NCBI GenBank assembly: GCA_963762145.1
Contig: CAVXJS010000010.1
Location: 128,001 to 192,000 of the forward strand
DNA length: 64,000 bases
Origin: an uncultured Candidatus Rokubacteria bacterium
GTDB lineage: Bacteria > Methylomirabilota > Methylomirabilia > Rokubacteriales > CSP1-6
Reading direction: 5' to 3'
The position numbers were made by a program, and so were the translations under genes. Below the pieces are notes generated by a model that saw nothing but the letters and a program-made list of their open reading frames with translations, had not been told where the DNA came from and made no database searches. Numbering within the stretch: position 1 is the stretch's first letter; each line of letters begins with the position of its first letter. This document shows, piece after piece, positions 33,284 through 42,699 of this stretch.

Positions 33284-34198
33284 TCAACGTCCACCCGGCG
33301 AGACACCCAGCAGCTCTACCGCCTCTCGCTGCCGCTCCGGGCTCACGTGCGTGTAGATCTCGGTGGTCGCCAGCGACTCGTGCCCCAGCAGCTTCTGGAT
33401 CACGCGGAGGTCGGCCCGGCGGTTCAGTAGCTCGGTGGCGAACGTGTGACGGAAGAGGTGCGGGTGCAGGCGCCGGCCGATGCGGCGGCTCACGCGCTTG
33501 CAGAGCAGCACCATCACCTGCTTGGTGATGCGCCCGCGCCAGCTCACGAAGAGCGGATGCTGGGGGCCGAGGCCGGGCCGGGAGGCCAGGTAGGCGTCGA
33601 GGGCGGCCTGGGCGGTGGGGTGCAGCGGCACCACGCGGTCCTTGTTGCCCTTGCCGTGCACCATCAGGCTGGGGGCCTCGCGCGAGTAGTCGCCGACGTC
33701 GGCGGCCATCACCTCGCCGCGGCGCAGGCCGCCGTAGGCCAGCAGGGCCAGGATGGCGCGGTCGCGCGGCTTGCGCTCGCCGGCCACGATCTGCTCGACC
33801 TGGCTCCAGTCGAGAACGCGGGGCAGGCGGCGCTCGCGGCGAGGCACGGAGACGCCGATCATCGGGCTGCGCTGGAGATGGCGGCGCTCCACCAGCCAGC
33901 CGGCGAAGCGGTTCAGCTCGACGAGGCGGCGGCGCACCGTGTTGACGCTCCAGCGGCGGGTGGCCATGTGGGCCTGGTAGTCGCGGATGAGCGTGGTGGT
34001 GAAGGTGCGGAGGGTGGGGGCGCGCCGCCCCTCACCCTGCCCTCTCCCCAGAGGGGAGAGGGTTCTGGAGCGGCGGCGACGGGCGAACTCCAGGAAGAGG
34101 CCGAAGTCGCTGCGGTAGGACTTGATGGTCATCGGGCGGAGCCGCTTCTCCACCGCGCAGTGCTGAAGGAAGCGCGCGTGCAGGGCGGCCAGCGTCAT
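33284..34198 (-). CDS. Tyrosine recombinase/integrase (XerC/D-like)
   Basis: Full catalytic set: GLRRGE, GKGNKDR, HLFRH, LLGH, TEIYTH. Confidence 0.93.
   Translation of the reverse strand: MTLAALHARFLQHCAVEKRLRPMTIKSYRSDFGLFLEFARRRRSRTLSPLGRGQGEGRRAPTLRTFTTTLIRDYQAHMATRRWSVNTVRRRLVELNRFAGWLVERRHLQRSPMIGVSVPRRERRLPRVLDWSQVEQIVAGERKPRDRAILALLAYGGLRRGEVMAADVGDYSREAPSLMVHGKGNKDRVVPLHPTAQAALDAYLASRPGLGPQHPLFVSWRGRITKQVMVLLCKRVSRRIGRRLHPHLFRHTFATELLNRRADLRVIQKLLGHESLATTEIYTHVSPERQREAVELLGVSPGGR
34028..34062. repeat. REP-like palindrome inside the integrase CDS
   Basis: CCCCTCACCCTGCCCTCTCCCCAGAGGGGAGAGGG; same family as five intergenic copies. Confidence 0.85.
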
Positions 34199-34218
34199 GA
34201 CGTGGCCGGAGCCTAGGG

Positions 34219-35386
34219 TGTCCAGACCCGGAATGGTGTAGACACCTTGGCCACCCCAGAGTGCGACATGCGGTCAGGCCCGAGCGGCGCCCCAGAAGAG
34301 CGCGGCGGGGGTGCGGCCACGGACCCGGTAGCCTTGATGGGGCCGCTCGTGATTGTAGGACTGCATGAACCCATCGAGGCTTCGTTGGAGCGCCGTTCGA
34401 CTCGTGAAGTAGCGCCGACGGAAGGCCACGCGCCAATGCTCCTGCAAGATCGTGCCTTGCAGCCGCTCGACGAACCCGTTCGTCCACGCGTGCCGCGGCT
34501 TCGTTCGGGTGTGGCGGAGGCCGAGCGTCCGGCAGGCGTCATCGAACGCCCCCTTGAACTCGGGGCCGCCGTCGGTGAGCAGGCGGCGCAGCCGCCAGCC
34601 CGCCCGGCGATACAGGGGCACCAAGATGCGACGCACGAAGTGAGCGGCCGCCTCGGCGTTGTGGGCTGGCAGCAACCACGCGACGCCGTAGGAGCACGCG
34701 GCGTCGCAGGCCGTGATCTGCCAGACCTTGCCCACGCCTTTGAGCTGCCCAATGTAGAAGGTGTCCACGCACACCAGCTCGCCGGGCTCGCGGGCGGCGA
34801 CGTGACGCGGCTGGCCGTGCTGCGCCTGCCACAGGGTGCTGCGCGTCCGCTCGGTCAGCAACCCCGCCGTCTGCAGGGCGCGGTGCTCGAGCACGGTCAG
34901 CCGCTGCCGGCGGGTCGCCAGCCCGGCCCGCCGCAGGGCACGCTGCACCGTGCTGGGTGCCACGCGCAGCTGCCAGCGATGGCGCAGGTAAGCGGCGATC
35001 CGACTCGCGCCCCACGTCGCCGCGCTGACCGCCACGCTCAGCAGCAGCCGCTCCGTCTCCGGGGCCAGCTGCACCGGTCGGCCGGGGCGGGCCCGATGCC
35101 GCCGCGGATGCACCCCGTCCTGGCCGTAGCGCTCCAACCGCTGACGCCAGCGGTAGAACAGGGCGCGGGAGATCCCCGCCTCCCGGCAGGCCCGACTGAC
35201 ATTGCCCAACTCCTCCGCCCGCTGGATGACATGCAGCCGCAGTCCGTGTACTTTCTCCTCGAGGGTCATCGGTCGATCCTCCCAAAGTGGTTCCCCTGGC
35301 AGGGGGTGGTTCACTCTGGGAACGATAGGCCAGATGGCCCTCACTGTTTCTGGTCACAAGTGTCAACACTAATCCGGCTCAGGACA
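34219..35386 (-). mobile_element. Complete IS481-family element
   Basis: TGT...ACA ends; imperfect terminal IR (22/27); 8-bp direct repeat GCCTAGGG at 34211-34218 and 35387-35394. Confidence 0.95.
34274..35269 (-). CDS. IS481-family transposase
   Basis: GNVSRACREAGISR, PGELVCVDTF, LTDGGPEF, TNGFVER, YNHERPH. Confidence 0.93.
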   Translation of the reverse strand: MTLEEKVHGLRLHVIQRAEELGNVSRACREAGISRALFYRWRQRLERYGQDGVHPRRHRARPGRPVQLAPETERLLLSVAVSAATWGASRIAAYLRHRWQLRVAPSTVQRALRRAGLATRRQRLTVLEHRALQTAGLLTERTRSTLWQAQHGQPRHVAAREPGELVCVDTFYIGQLKGVGKVWQITACDAACSYGVAWLLPAHNAEAAAHFVRRILVPLYRRAGWRLRRLLTDGGPEFKGAFDDACRTLGLRHTRTKPRHAWTNGFVERLQGTILQEHWRVAFRRRYFTSRTALQRSLDGFMQSYNHERPHQGYRVRGRTPAALFWGAARA

Positions 35387-35532
35387 GCCTAGGGCGCGGC
35401 CGGCGGCCCGTCAATGTCCCGAAACGGAGACGGGGTCCGCCGCGGGTTCGCCCGCGCAACGGGGCGGATCGGGGTATGATCCGCGCCAGACTGAGCTCGG
35501 ATGATCGCGGTTCTCCAGAGGAGGAGACTCCC

Positions 35533-35925
35533 ATGGCGAAGATCACTCAGATCACCGTCACCGCTCAATCCCGGCCGGGTGTGCTGGCCAAGGTGGCGCG
35601 AGCCCTGGCCGACGCGGGCGTGAACATCACCGCCATGTGCGCCTCGGAGTCGACGGGGCGCGCCAAGCTCCGGCTGGTGGTCAGCGATCCGGAGCGGGCC
35701 AAGCAGGCCCTGGCGGCCGCCCGGATCCGGTGCGGGGAAGAACCGGCGCTGCTCCTCTCGGTCGAGGACCGCCCCGGCACCCTGGCCACCCTCGCCTCGC
35801 GGCTGGCGGCGGCCAAGATCAATATCAAGTGCGCGTACGCGACGACCGTGATTGCCGGCGGGGGGCCATGCCACGTCGTGGTGGCGGTGGCCAACGCCGA
35901 CAAGGCCGAGAAGGCGCTGAGGTAG
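35533..35925 (+). CDS. ACT-domain protein (two ACT repeats)
   Basis: SRPGVLAKVARALADAGVNI and DRPGTLATLASRLAAAKINI; GAGGAG RBS. Confidence 0.9.
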   Translation: MAKITQITVTAQSRPGVLAKVARALADAGVNITAMCASESTGRAKLRLVVSDPERAKQALAAARIRCGEEPALLLSVEDRPGTLATLASRLAAAKINIKCAYATTVIAGGGPCHVVVAVANADKAEKALR

Positions 35926-35931
35926 CCCCGG

Positions 35932-37182
35932 GTGAAGACCCTCGTGCTCGGCGGCGGCGTGGTGGGCGTGACCACCGCCTATTTCCTGGCCCGGGCCGGC
36001 GACGAGGTGACGATCGTCGAGGCGAACGACGCGCTCGGTCTCGAGGCGAGTGCCGGCAACGCCGGGATCATCGCGCCCGGGCATTCCTTCGCGTGGGCCT
36101 CGCCGCGCGCGCCCGCGATGCTGCTGCGCTCGCTGCGGGGCGACGAGACCGCGATCCGGCTGCGGCTCACGCCGGACCCGCATCTCTACACGTGGGGGCT
36201 ACGGTTCCTCCGCGAGTGCGTCCCCGCGCGGGCCCGGCGCAACACGCTCGTCAAGCTGCGCCTCTGCCAGTACAGCCAGCGCGTGATGAACGAGCTGGTG
36301 CAGGCGGAGCGGCTCGAGTACCACGCGGTGGCGAGGGGCGCGCTCTACCTCTATCGCGACCCGGCCGAGCTCGAGGCCGGGATCAAGAAGATGAAGCTGC
36401 TCGCCGAGCACGGCCAGAAGCAGGAGATCCTCGAGGCGAGCCGGGTGGCCGGTCTCGATCCGGCCTTCGCGCCGGTCCAGGGGAAGATCGCCGGGGCGAT
36501 CCGGGATCTCGGCGACTCGAGCGGTGATTCGCGCCTGTTCACCGAGGGCCTGGGCGCGCTCTGCCGCGCCCGGCTCGGGGTGACCGTCAAGCTCGGCTCG
36601 CGCGTCACCGCGCTCCGGGCCAGCGCCGACCGGATCGAGGGCGTCGTCACCGGCGACGGCGTCTTGACCGCCGATCGCTACGTGCTGGCGCTCGGCGTCG
36701 GGAGCCCGCTGGTGGCGCGCACCGCGGGGGTGAGCCTGCCGATCTATCCCGCCAAGGGCTATTCCTCGACGTTTCCGCTGAAGGCGGGCGGCCTGGCCCC
36801 CACCATTCCCGGCGTGGACGAGCAGTGGCTGGTCGGCTGGTCGCGGCTCGGCGATCGGCTGCGGTTGACCTCCACCGCCGAGTTCGCGGGCTACGACTGG
36901 GGCTGGACCCCCCGCGACTTCGGCAACATCCTGCGCTTCACCCGCGACATCTTTCCCGACGCGGCGGACTACGGCCGCGGGGAGTACCGTGCGTGCCTGC
37001 GGCCGATGACGCCCGACGGTCCGCCCATCCTGGGCCTCGGGCGTCATCGCAACCTGTTCTTCAATTGCGGCCACGGGCATATGGGGTGGACGATGGCGTG
37101 CGGCACCGCGCGCATCGTCGCCGATCTGATGAGCGGGCGCATGCCCGAGGTGGATCTGGAGGGGCTCGGCGCGCGACGGTGA
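35932..37182 (+). CDS. dadA: D-amino acid dehydrogenase family FAD oxidoreductase
   Basis: VLGGGVVG, ASAGNAG, IYPAKGYS, CLRPMTPDG, GHGHMGWTMACG. Confidence 0.88.
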   Translation: MKTLVLGGGVVGVTTAYFLARAGDEVTIVEANDALGLEASAGNAGIIAPGHSFAWASPRAPAMLLRSLRGDETAIRLRLTPDPHLYTWGLRFLRECVPARARRNTLVKLRLCQYSQRVMNELVQAERLEYHAVARGALYLYRDPAELEAGIKKMKLLAEHGQKQEILEASRVAGLDPAFAPVQGKIAGAIRDLGDSSGDSRLFTEGLGALCRARLGVTVKLGSRVTALRASADRIEGVVTGDGVLTADRYVLALGVGSPLVARTAGVSLPIYPAKGYSSTFPLKAGGLAPTIPGVDEQWLVGWSRLGDRLRLTSTAEFAGYDWGWTPRDFGNILRFTRDIFPDAADYGRGEYRACLRPMTPDGPPILGLGRHRNLFFNCGHGHMGWTMACGTARIVADLMSGRMPEVDLEGLGARR

Positions 37183-37196
37183 GCGAGCGGGCTGGG

Positions 37197-37231
37197 CCCC
37201 TCACCCTGCCCTCTCCCCGGAGGGGAGAGGG
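37197..37231. repeat. REP-like palindrome
   Basis: CCCCTCACCCTGCCCTCTCCCCGGAGGGGAGAGGG. Confidence 0.85.
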
Positions 37232-37311
37232 TGGTCGGGGGGTCGGGTTCGCCATCGGTGAGCCGCCGGCCCAACCTTGTCCGGATGCCTCTGGCCGAGT
37301 ACGCTCCACCC

Positions 37312-38751
37312 ATGACGGTGGACCTGGTGATCCGGAACGGCCGGGTGGTCACGCCGGCGGGCGTGATCGGTGGCGGCGTCGCCATCGACGGCGAGCGCAT
37401 CGTGGCCGTCGGCGCCGACGCCACGCTGCCGCCGGCCCGCCGGACGATCGACGCGCGCGAGCAGTACGTGCTCCCCGGCCTCATCGATGCCCACGTCCAC
37501 ATGGGCAGCGAGGAGGACGCGTCCATCGCGGAGGGGCTGGCCCAGAACATGCCCGGGGAGACGGATGGCGCCCTGCACGGCGGGGTGACCACCTTCGCGC
37601 ACTTCGTCGGCCAGCGGAACGAGCCGCTGGTGCCGAACATCGAGACGACCATCCGCGAGGGTAATCGGTGGTCGCACACGGACTACTTCTTCCACGCCAT
37701 CGTGTCGACGGAAGCGCACTACGCCGAGCTGCCGGCCGTGTGGGATCGGGGTGTCACCTCGTTCAAGCACTTCTTCAACGCGTACAAGCCGCGGCCGACC
37801 GAGGGGCTGTCCTGGCTCGGGGGGCCATCCGACGCCGGGATGGTGCTGCGCTCGTTGCGGTTCTGCGCGGAGCGTGGGGCGCCGGGCATCTGCATCGTCC
37901 ACTGCGAGGACATCGACATCATCGACGTGCTCGAGACGGAGCTGACGGGGAGCGGGCGCGCCGACCTGGGAGCCTGGAGCGACGCGCGGCCCAACGTGGC
38001 CGAGTACTCGCGCATCGCCCAGGCCATCGACCTCGCCCGATCGGCGGGCGCGCCCATCTACATCGCGCACATGTCGACGCGGGAAGGGGCAGACCGGGTT
38101 GCCGCCGCTCGCCGTGAGGGCTGGCCGGTCTGGGCCGAGGTGACCCCGCATCACCTCACGCACACCGGGTCGATGGAGGAGGAAGTGGGCTGCTGGGGCA
38201 AGGTGAACCCACCGCTCCGCGCGGCGGCCGATGTCGAACGGCTCTGGCGGGCCTTTCACGACGGCGGTATCACGTGCCTCGGGTCCGATCACGGCACGGG
38301 CGGGCGCACGCACGCCACCAAGGCCAAGGGCGGGCCGAAGCACGGCAACATCTGGAGGGCGCGCTCGGGCAACCGGGGCGGGCTCGAGCACTTCCTGCCC
38401 GTGCTGACGACGTTCGGGGTCCACGCCGGCCGCATTTCCATCGAGGACGTCGCCCGCGTGGGCGCCCTGAACACGGCCAAGGTATTCGGCTTGTATCCCC
38501 GGAAAGGCGCGCTCATCCCCGGCGCCGACGCCGACGTGATCATCGTCGATCTCGATCGCGAGGCCGTCGTCGACGAGCACTTCTACCACTGCCTGGCCGA
38601 GACGAGCGTCTACCACGGACACCGGTTCCGCGGCATGGCCCGCACGTCCGTCGTGCGGGGCCGCGTGATGATGGACGAGTGCGAGACCGTCGGGAAGCCG
38701 GGGTGGGGCCGTTACCTTCCGCGCGGCGGCGCGGCCGGACGGAGATCGTGA
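37312..38751 (+). CDS. Cyclic amidohydrolase (dihydropyrimidinase/allantoinase family)
   Basis: PGLIDAHVH, GVTSFK, VHCED, IAHMS, KVNPPLR, GSDH, PGADAD. Confidence 0.9.
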   Translation: MTVDLVIRNGRVVTPAGVIGGGVAIDGERIVAVGADATLPPARRTIDAREQYVLPGLIDAHVHMGSEEDASIAEGLAQNMPGETDGALHGGVTTFAHFVGQRNEPLVPNIETTIREGNRWSHTDYFFHAIVSTEAHYAELPAVWDRGVTSFKHFFNAYKPRPTEGLSWLGGPSDAGMVLRSLRFCAERGAPGICIVHCEDIDIIDVLETELTGSGRADLGAWSDARPNVAEYSRIAQAIDLARSAGAPIYIAHMSTREGADRVAAARREGWPVWAEVTPHHLTHTGSMEEEVGCWGKVNPPLRAAADVERLWRAFHDGGITCLGSDHGTGGRTHATKAKGGPKHGNIWRARSGNRGGLEHFLPVLTTFGVHAGRISIEDVARVGALNTAKVFGLYPRKGALIPGADADVIIVDLDREAVVDEHFYHCLAETSVYHGHRFRGMARTSVVRGRVMMDECETVGKPGWGRYLPRGGAAGRRS

Positions 38752-39761
38752 TGCGAATCGGATTCGGGGTCAACTTCATGCCCAGCGCGCCCGTGCTCGA
38801 GGTGGTGGAATGGGCGAAGGCGGTCGAGCGGCACGGCTACGACCTGCTCGGCATCGCCGACTCGCAATCGATCAGCCGTGACGTGTACGTGACGCTCGGC
38901 CACTGCGCGACCGCCACCGAGCGCATCCGGTTCGGCTCGCGGGTGATCACCCCGGTGACGCGCCATCCGGCGGTCGCGGCGTCGGCGGCGGCGACGCTCG
39001 AGGAGCTGGCGCCGGGGCGCACGATGATCGGCATCGGCTCGGGGGACAGCGCCGCCTACAACATCGGCGCCAAGGCGGCGTCCCTCGCGGAGCTCCGGGA
39101 GTATGCGCTGGCGATCCGCGGCCTGATGACCACGGGGCGGGCGGAGTACCACGGGCGCACCGCGACCCTGACGTGGTCGCGCGCGCGGGTGCCCATCTAT
39201 CTCGCCGCGTCGGGTCCGAAGACGCTCCGACTGGCCGGCCAGATCGCCGACGGGGCGGTGGTCCGCACCGGGCTCACCCCGGAGATCGTGCGCGACTCGA
39301 TCGCCCAGGTGAAGGCCGGGGCGGAGGAGGCCGGGCGCGACCCCGCCGAGATCGATCTCTGGTGGTGGCCGGACGTCAACGTGGGGGAGAGCTATACGGA
39401 GGCGGTGGAGGAGATCAAGACCTCGCTCGCCATGGCGGGCAACCACCTGACGCGATTCACGGCCGAGGGCAAGCACGTGCCGCCGGACCTCCTGCCGAAG
39501 ATGAAGATCCTGGCCGAGCGCTACGTGTTCGGCGAGCACGCCCGGCCGGGCAGCGCCAACTGCCGCCTCATCACCGAGCTCGGGCTGGTCGACTACCTCG
39601 CCGACCGCTTCGCCATCGTGGGGACCCCGGCCGAGTGCGTGAAGAAGCTGGAGCGCGCGATCGAGGCGGGGGCGCGGCAGTTCTGGATGAGCATTCACTT
39701 CGACGACAAGTTCCGGCTGCTCCGGGACTTCGCCGAGCGGGTCATGCCCGCGTTCCGCTGA
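38751..39761 (+). CDS. LLM-class (Mer-like, flavin/F420) oxidoreductase
   Basis: PVTRHPAVAAS, GIGSGDS, YLAASGPKTLRLAGQIADG. Confidence 0.9.
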   Translation: MRIGFGVNFMPSAPVLEVVEWAKAVERHGYDLLGIADSQSISRDVYVTLGHCATATERIRFGSRVITPVTRHPAVAASAAATLEELAPGRTMIGIGSGDSAAYNIGAKAASLAELREYALAIRGLMTTGRAEYHGRTATLTWSRARVPIYLAASGPKTLRLAGQIADGAVVRTGLTPEIVRDSIAQVKAGAEEAGRDPAEIDLWWWPDVNVGESYTEAVEEIKTSLAMAGNHLTRFTAEGKHVPPDLLPKMKILAERYVFGEHARPGSANCRLITELGLVDYLADRFAIVGTPAECVKKLERAIEAGARQFWMSIHFDDKFRLLRDFAERVMPAFR

Positions 39762-39777
39762 AAGGGGAGACAACGCC

Positions 39778-40674
39778 ATGGTTCGGATCGCAGGGGTGCA
39801 GTTCGTCGGGCACGCCGACAAGGCCGTCAACATCGAGATCGCCGAGCGGATGGTGCGCCAGGCGGCCGCGCGGGGCGCCAGGATCGCGTGTCTGCCCGAG
39901 CTCTTCAACACGATGTACTTCTGCGTGGAGACGAAACCGGAGTACTTCGACTGGGCGGAGCCGGTGCCCGGCCCGACCACCGAGCGCATGGGCGCGCTGG
40001 CGCGGGAGCTGGGCATCGTCCTGATCGCGCCGGTGTTCGAGCGGGCGCCCGACGGGCGCTACTTCAACACCGCGGCGGTGCTGGGACCCGACGGCCGGAT
40101 GATCGGCAAGTACCGGAAGTCGAGCATTCCCTTCATGGACGCGGCGCAGAGCTCGGAGCCGCGCGGCAACGAGAAGTTCTACTTCACGCCGGGAGATCTC
40201 GGCTTCCCCACCTTCGACACGCCGTTCGCCCGCATCGGCATCCTCATCTGCTACGACCGCCACTTCCCCGAGGCGGCGCGGGTGCTGGGCCTCGGCGGAG
40301 CGGAGATCCTGTTCGTGCCCACCGCCACCACGCGCATGACCCGATACCTCTGGGACGTGGAGCTCCGGGCCCACGCCATCGCCAACGTCTTCTACGTCTG
40401 CGGGGTCAACAAGGTCGGCGTGGACGTCGGCGGCTCCCGGCGCGATCACCACGGCAACAGCATGATCCTGAGCCCGAAGGGCGAGGTGATGGCCGAGGCC
40501 AGCGCCACCGAGGACGACATCGCGCTGGCCGACGTGGACCTGAAGGCGCTGCCGTCGCTGCGCAAGCTCTGGGGCTACTACCGGGATCGCCGCCCCGACA
40601 AGTACGCGCCCGTCGTCGAGGAGCCGTCGGGCACCATCGACCCGGCCGCGGCGCACCCGGTCGCAACCCGCTGA
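39778..40674 (+). CDS. Nitrilase-family C-N hydrolase (carbamoylase/ureidopropionase-like)
   Basis: LPELF, KYRK, ICYDRHFPE (E-K-C triad), YRDRRPD. Confidence 0.9.
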   Translation: MVRIAGVQFVGHADKAVNIEIAERMVRQAAARGARIACLPELFNTMYFCVETKPEYFDWAEPVPGPTTERMGALARELGIVLIAPVFERAPDGRYFNTAAVLGPDGRMIGKYRKSSIPFMDAAQSSEPRGNEKFYFTPGDLGFPTFDTPFARIGILICYDRHFPEAARVLGLGGAEILFVPTATTRMTRYLWDVELRAHAIANVFYVCGVNKVGVDVGGSRRDHHGNSMILSPKGEVMAEASATEDDIALADVDLKALPSLRKLWGYYRDRRPDKYAPVVEEPSGTIDPAAAHPVATR

Positions 40675-40682
40675 GCGATTCT

Positions 40683-40782
40683 CCCTCTCCCCTCTGGGGA
40701 GAGGGCAGGGTGAGGGGCGGGCGCCCGCGACGGGACCTTGAACCTCCCCCTCACCCCGACCCTCTCCCCAGAGGGGAGAGGG
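40683..40782. repeat. Inverted doublet of REP-like palindromes between convergent operons
   Basis: Copies at 40683-40717 and 40746-40782 in opposite orientation; could act as a bidirectional terminator. Confidence 0.85.
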
Positions 40783-40807
40783 AGTGTGGCGAAGCCGCGC
40801 GCTCGCC

Positions 40808-41812
40808 TCAGCGGCGGGTCTGGGGGCTCAGGAGGGGATAGAGGAGGTCGACGGCGATGTTGATGGTGACGTACACCGCCGTCGTGACGAGCGTGAAGGC
40901 CAGGAGCGCCGGGTAGTCCTGGTTCTCCACCGCGGTCACCGCGTAGAGGCCGAGCCCCGGCCAGGAGAAGATCGTCTCGGTCACCACCACGCCGCCGATG
41001 AGCTGGCCGAGCTGGAGCCCGACGATGGTCAGGATGGGGACGGAGGCGTTGCGCAGCGCGTGCTTGAGCACGACGCGCGCCTCGCCGATCCCCTTGGCCC
41101 GCGCGGTGCGCAGGTAGTCCTCGTGGAGCACGTCGAGGAGGGCCGCCCGGGTCACGCGCGTGATCATGGCCAGCGAGATCACGCTGAGGATGACCGAGGG
41201 CAGGATCAGGTGGCGCAGAGCGTCGGCGAGGACGCGCCACTGGCCCGCGACGGCCGCGTCGACGACGAGCATGCCCGTCACCACGGGGGGCGGCGTCAGG
41301 CCGACGGTGAGGCGTCCGCCCGCGGGCAGGAGGTCGAGCTGCCGGTAGAAGACGAACACCGCCATCAGGCCGAGCCAGAACACCGGCATGGAGCCGAGGA
41401 ACACCGAGGCGGGCGTGATGAGCCGGTCCGGCCAGCGGCCGGCCCACGCCGCCGAGACCACGCCGAGCGGGATGCCGACGAGGGCGCTGATCGCGATGGC
41501 GGCCAGCGCCAGCTCCATCGACGCGGGCCAGTACTTCTTGAGGTCGTCGATGACGGGCCGCCGGTTCACGATGGAGTTGCCGAAGTCACCGCCGGCGACG
41601 GCGCGCATGTAGTAGAGGTAGCGGACCCACAGCGGCCGGTCGAGGCCGAGGCGCGCGCGGGCGGCGGCCACCATCTCCGGGGTCGCGTCTCCGCCCCCGG
41701 CGGCCACGAACGCCGGGTCGCCGGGCAGGTACTGGGTGAGCGCGAACACCGACGCCGAGATGGCGGCGAGCAGCACCACCAGGAGCGGCAGGCGCCGGAG
41801 GACGAGCAGCAC
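40808..41812 (-). CDS. Peptide/nickel ABC permease (DppB-like)
   Basis: LPGDPA, LGLDRP, DYLRTARAKG, ETIFSWPGLG. Confidence 0.92.
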   Translation of the reverse strand: MLLVLRRLPLLVVLLAAISASVFALTQYLPGDPAFVAAGGGDATPEMVAAARARLGLDRPLWVRYLYYMRAVAGGDFGNSIVNRRPVIDDLKKYWPASMELALAAIAISALVGIPLGVVSAAWAGRWPDRLITPASVFLGSMPVFWLGLMAVFVFYRQLDLLPAGGRLTVGLTPPPVVTGMLVVDAAVAGQWRVLADALRHLILPSVILSVISLAMITRVTRAALLDVLHEDYLRTARAKGIGEARVVLKHALRNASVPILTIVGLQLGQLIGGVVVTETIFSWPGLGLYAVTAVENQDYPALLAFTLVTTAVYVTINIAVDLLYPLLSPQTRR

Positions 41813-41813
41813 G

Positions 41814-42653
41814 TCAGGGCCTCCCGCCCACGCGGCTCTGCGGATCGAGCACGTCGCGCACGCGCTCGCCCAGCACGTTGAAGGCCAGCACGGTGATGAA
41901 GATGGCGAGACCGGGGAACGTCGCGTACCAGGGATAGTCGAGCAGGTACTTGCGGCCGAGCGTCACCATGGCGCCCCACTCGGGCAGCGGCGGCTGCGCG
42001 CCCACTCCCAGGAAGGACAGCGCGGCGAGGAGCAGGATGGCGAGGCTCACGTCGATGGTGGCCTTGACGAGCACCGGCGACAGGCAGTTCGGCAGCAGGT
42101 GGAAGAGCAGGATGCGCCACTGCCGCTGGCCCAGCGCCCGGGCGGTGAGGATGAACTCCTTCTCGCGCTGCACGAGGACCTGGCCGCGCATGAGCCGCGC
42201 GTACTGCGCCCACCAGGTGATGACGAGGGCGATGGCGCAGTTGACCATCCCGCGGCCCATCACGGTGGCGAAGGCCAGCGCCCAGACGATCTGGGGAAAC
42301 GCCAGGAAGAACTCGGTCACCCGCATCAGCCACTCGTCGGCGCCCCGGCCCGCCGCGCCGATCAGGAGCCCCGCGAGGCTTCCGATCGCGGCGGCGGTCG
42401 CGACGAGCAGGACCGCGGCGGCCAGGGTCGGACGCGCGCCGTGGACCACCCGCGCCCAGAGGTCGCGCCCGTTCTCGTCGGTGCCGAAGGGGTGGGCGAG
42501 GCTCGGGGGCTTGAGCCGGGCGAGAAAGTCGATCGCGTTGGGATCCCGCCGGGTGAACGCGCTCGGGACGGCCATCATGGCCGCGAGGACGAGCAGGACC
42601 ACGACCGAGCCGGCGGCGAACGGGCCGCCGCGAAGGACACGGGGCAGGCGCAT
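41814..42653 (-). CDS. Peptide/nickel ABC permease (DppC-like)
   Basis: HPFGTDENGRD, HLLPNC, LSFLGVG, PEWG. Confidence 0.92.
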   Translation of the reverse strand: MRLPRVLRGGPFAAGSVVVLLVLAAMMAVPSAFTRRDPNAIDFLARLKPPSLAHPFGTDENGRDLWARVVHGARPTLAAAVLLVATAAAIGSLAGLLIGAAGRGADEWLMRVTEFFLAFPQIVWALAFATVMGRGMVNCAIALVITWWAQYARLMRGQVLVQREKEFILTARALGQRQWRILLFHLLPNCLSPVLVKATIDVSLAILLLAALSFLGVGAQPPLPEWGAMVTLGRKYLLDYPWYATFPGLAIFITVLAFNVLGERVRDVLDPQSRVGGRP

Positions 42654-42699
42654 GGATGTGGGCGGCGCCCCCGGCGGGGAGGCGCCGCCCCGACGCGGC

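Noticed and set aside
30299-34198. Classical integron
   Set aside because: The recombinase lacks an evident IntI-specific insertion, the small genes lie downstream rather than at an upstream attI, and I found no attC-like sites
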